DNA of 64,000 nucleotides, taken from positions 410,998,001-411,062,000 of the forward strand of contig OZ024741.1 in NCBI GenBank assembly GCA_964016885.1, written 5' to 3'. How positions within the stretch are numbered: position 1 is the first letter of the stretch; each line of letters starts with the position of its first letter. The notes below the pieces were generated by a model that was not told the origin of the DNA, made no database searches, and worked only from the letters and a program-made list of their open reading frames with translations. Of the stretch, positions 62,301 through 64,000 are shown in pieces. The stretch comes from Eledone cirrhosa (taxonomy: Eukaryota). A program made the position numbers and the translations under genes.

Positions 62301-64000
62301 ATGTTGTTTAACCCTTTCATTACCATATTTCTAATGTAAGACACAGTCTATGTTGTTTAACCCTTTCATTACCATATTTCTAATGAAAGACACTGTCTAT
62401 GTTGTTTAACCGTTTCATTAACATATTTCTAAAGTAAGACACTGTCTATGTTCTTTAACCCTTTCAATACCATATTTCTAATGTAAGACACTGTCTATGT
62501 TGTTTAACCCTTCCATTACCATATTTCTAATGTAAGACACTGTCTATGTTGTTTAACCCTTTCATTACCATATTTCTAATGAAAGACACTGTCTATGTTG
62601 TTTAACCCTTCCATTACCATATTTCTAATGTAAGACACTGTCTATGTTGTTTAACCCTTCCATTACCATATTTCTAATGTAAGACACTGTCTATGTTGTT
62701 TAACCCTTTCACTACCATATTTCTAATGTAAGACACTGTCTATGTTGTTTAACCCTTTCATTACCATATTTCTAATGTAAGACACTGTCTATGTTGTTTA
62801 ACCCTTTCATTACCATATTTCTAATGTAAGACACTGTCTATGTTCTTTAACCCTTTCAATACCATATTTCTAATGTAAGACACTGTCTATGTTGTTTAAC
62901 CCTTTCGTTACCATATTTCTAATGTAAGACACTGTCTATGTTGTTTAACCCTTTCATTACCATATTTCTAATGTAAGACACTGTCTATGTTGTTTAACCC
63001 TTCCATTACCATATTTCTAATGTAAGACACTGTCTATGTTGTTTAACCCTTTCATTACCATATTTCTAATGAAAGACACTGTCTATGTTGTTTAACCCTT
63101 CCATTACCATATTTCTAATGTAAGACACTGTCTATGTTGTTTAACCCTTCCATTACCATATTTCTAATGTAAGACACTGTCTATGTTTTTTAACCCTTTC
63201 ACTACCATATTTCTAATGTAAGACACTGTCTATGTTGTTTAACCCTTTCATTACCATATTTCTAATGTAAGACACTGTCTATGTCGTTTAACCCTTTCAT
63301 TACCATATTTCTAATGAAAGACACTGTCTATGTTGTTTAACCCTTTCATTACCATATTTCTAATGAAAGACACTGTCTATGTTGTTTAACCCTTTCATTA
63401 CCATATTTCTAATGAAAGACACTGTCTATGTTGTTTAACCCTTACATTACCATATTTCTAATGAAAGACACTGTCTATGTTCTTTAACCCTTTCAATACC
63501 ATATTTCTAATGAAAGACACTGTCTATGTTGTTTAACCCTTTCATTACCATATTTCTAATGTAAGACACTGTCTATGTTGTTTAACCCTTTCATTACCAT
63601 ATTTCTAATGAAAGACACTGTCTATGTTGTTTAACCGTTTCATTAACATATTTCTAATGTAAGACACTGTCTATGTTGTTTAACCCTTTCATTACCATAT
63701 TTCTAATGAAAGACACTGTCTATGTTGTTTAACCCTTTCATTACCATATTTCTAACGTAAGACACTGTCTATGTTGTTTAACCCTTTCATTACCATATTT
63801 CTAATGTAAGACACTGTCTATGTTGTTTAACCCTTCCATTAATATATTTCTAATGTAAGACACTGTCTATGTTGTTTAACCCTTTCATTACCATATTTCT
63901 AATGTAAGACACTGTCTATGTTGTTTAACCCTTACATTACCATATTTCTAATGAAAGACACTGTCTATGTTGTTTAACCGTTTCATTAACATATTTCTAA
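53398..64000. repeat. 49-bp satellite array (~216 copies, runs off the right edge) inside a CDC23 intron
   Basis: Unit TTAACCCTTTCATTACCATATTTCTAATGTAAGACACTGTCTATGTTGT with period 49 (CCC at 53402, 53451, 53500). Confidence 0.98.

Overview
Eukaryotic, AT-rich, repeat-dominated animal DNA. The repeat families suggest a cephalopod such as Octopus, but this is inference. The ORF track misses the real gene: the last four coding exons of CDC23/APC8 lie on the minus strand (53355-53218, 47380-47275, 25248-25129, 23740-23564), with canonical GT-AG junctions and consistent phases. Almost everything else is transposon DNA or tandem arrays that trace to transposon parts. (i) A >22-kb array of a 61-bp unit cut from the 3' end of a CR1 LINE ORF2. 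(ii) 47/48-bp arrays derived from the RTE/SINE 3' tail. (iii) A 91-bp repeat that quadruplicates a CDC23 exon end and its splice donor. (iv) A TTAA-flanked, piggyBac-like MITE (25423-47174) whose sub-terminal 72-bp segment expanded into a minisatellite. That array then received Tx1, CR1 and RTE LINEs in one orientation, within about 13 nt of the same unit position, inflating a ~0.2-kb element to 21.75 kb. (v) A >10-kb array of a 49-bp unit that starts with a TTAA-CCC transposon-like terminus. No prokaryotic features, CRISPR arrays or functional RNA genes are supported.
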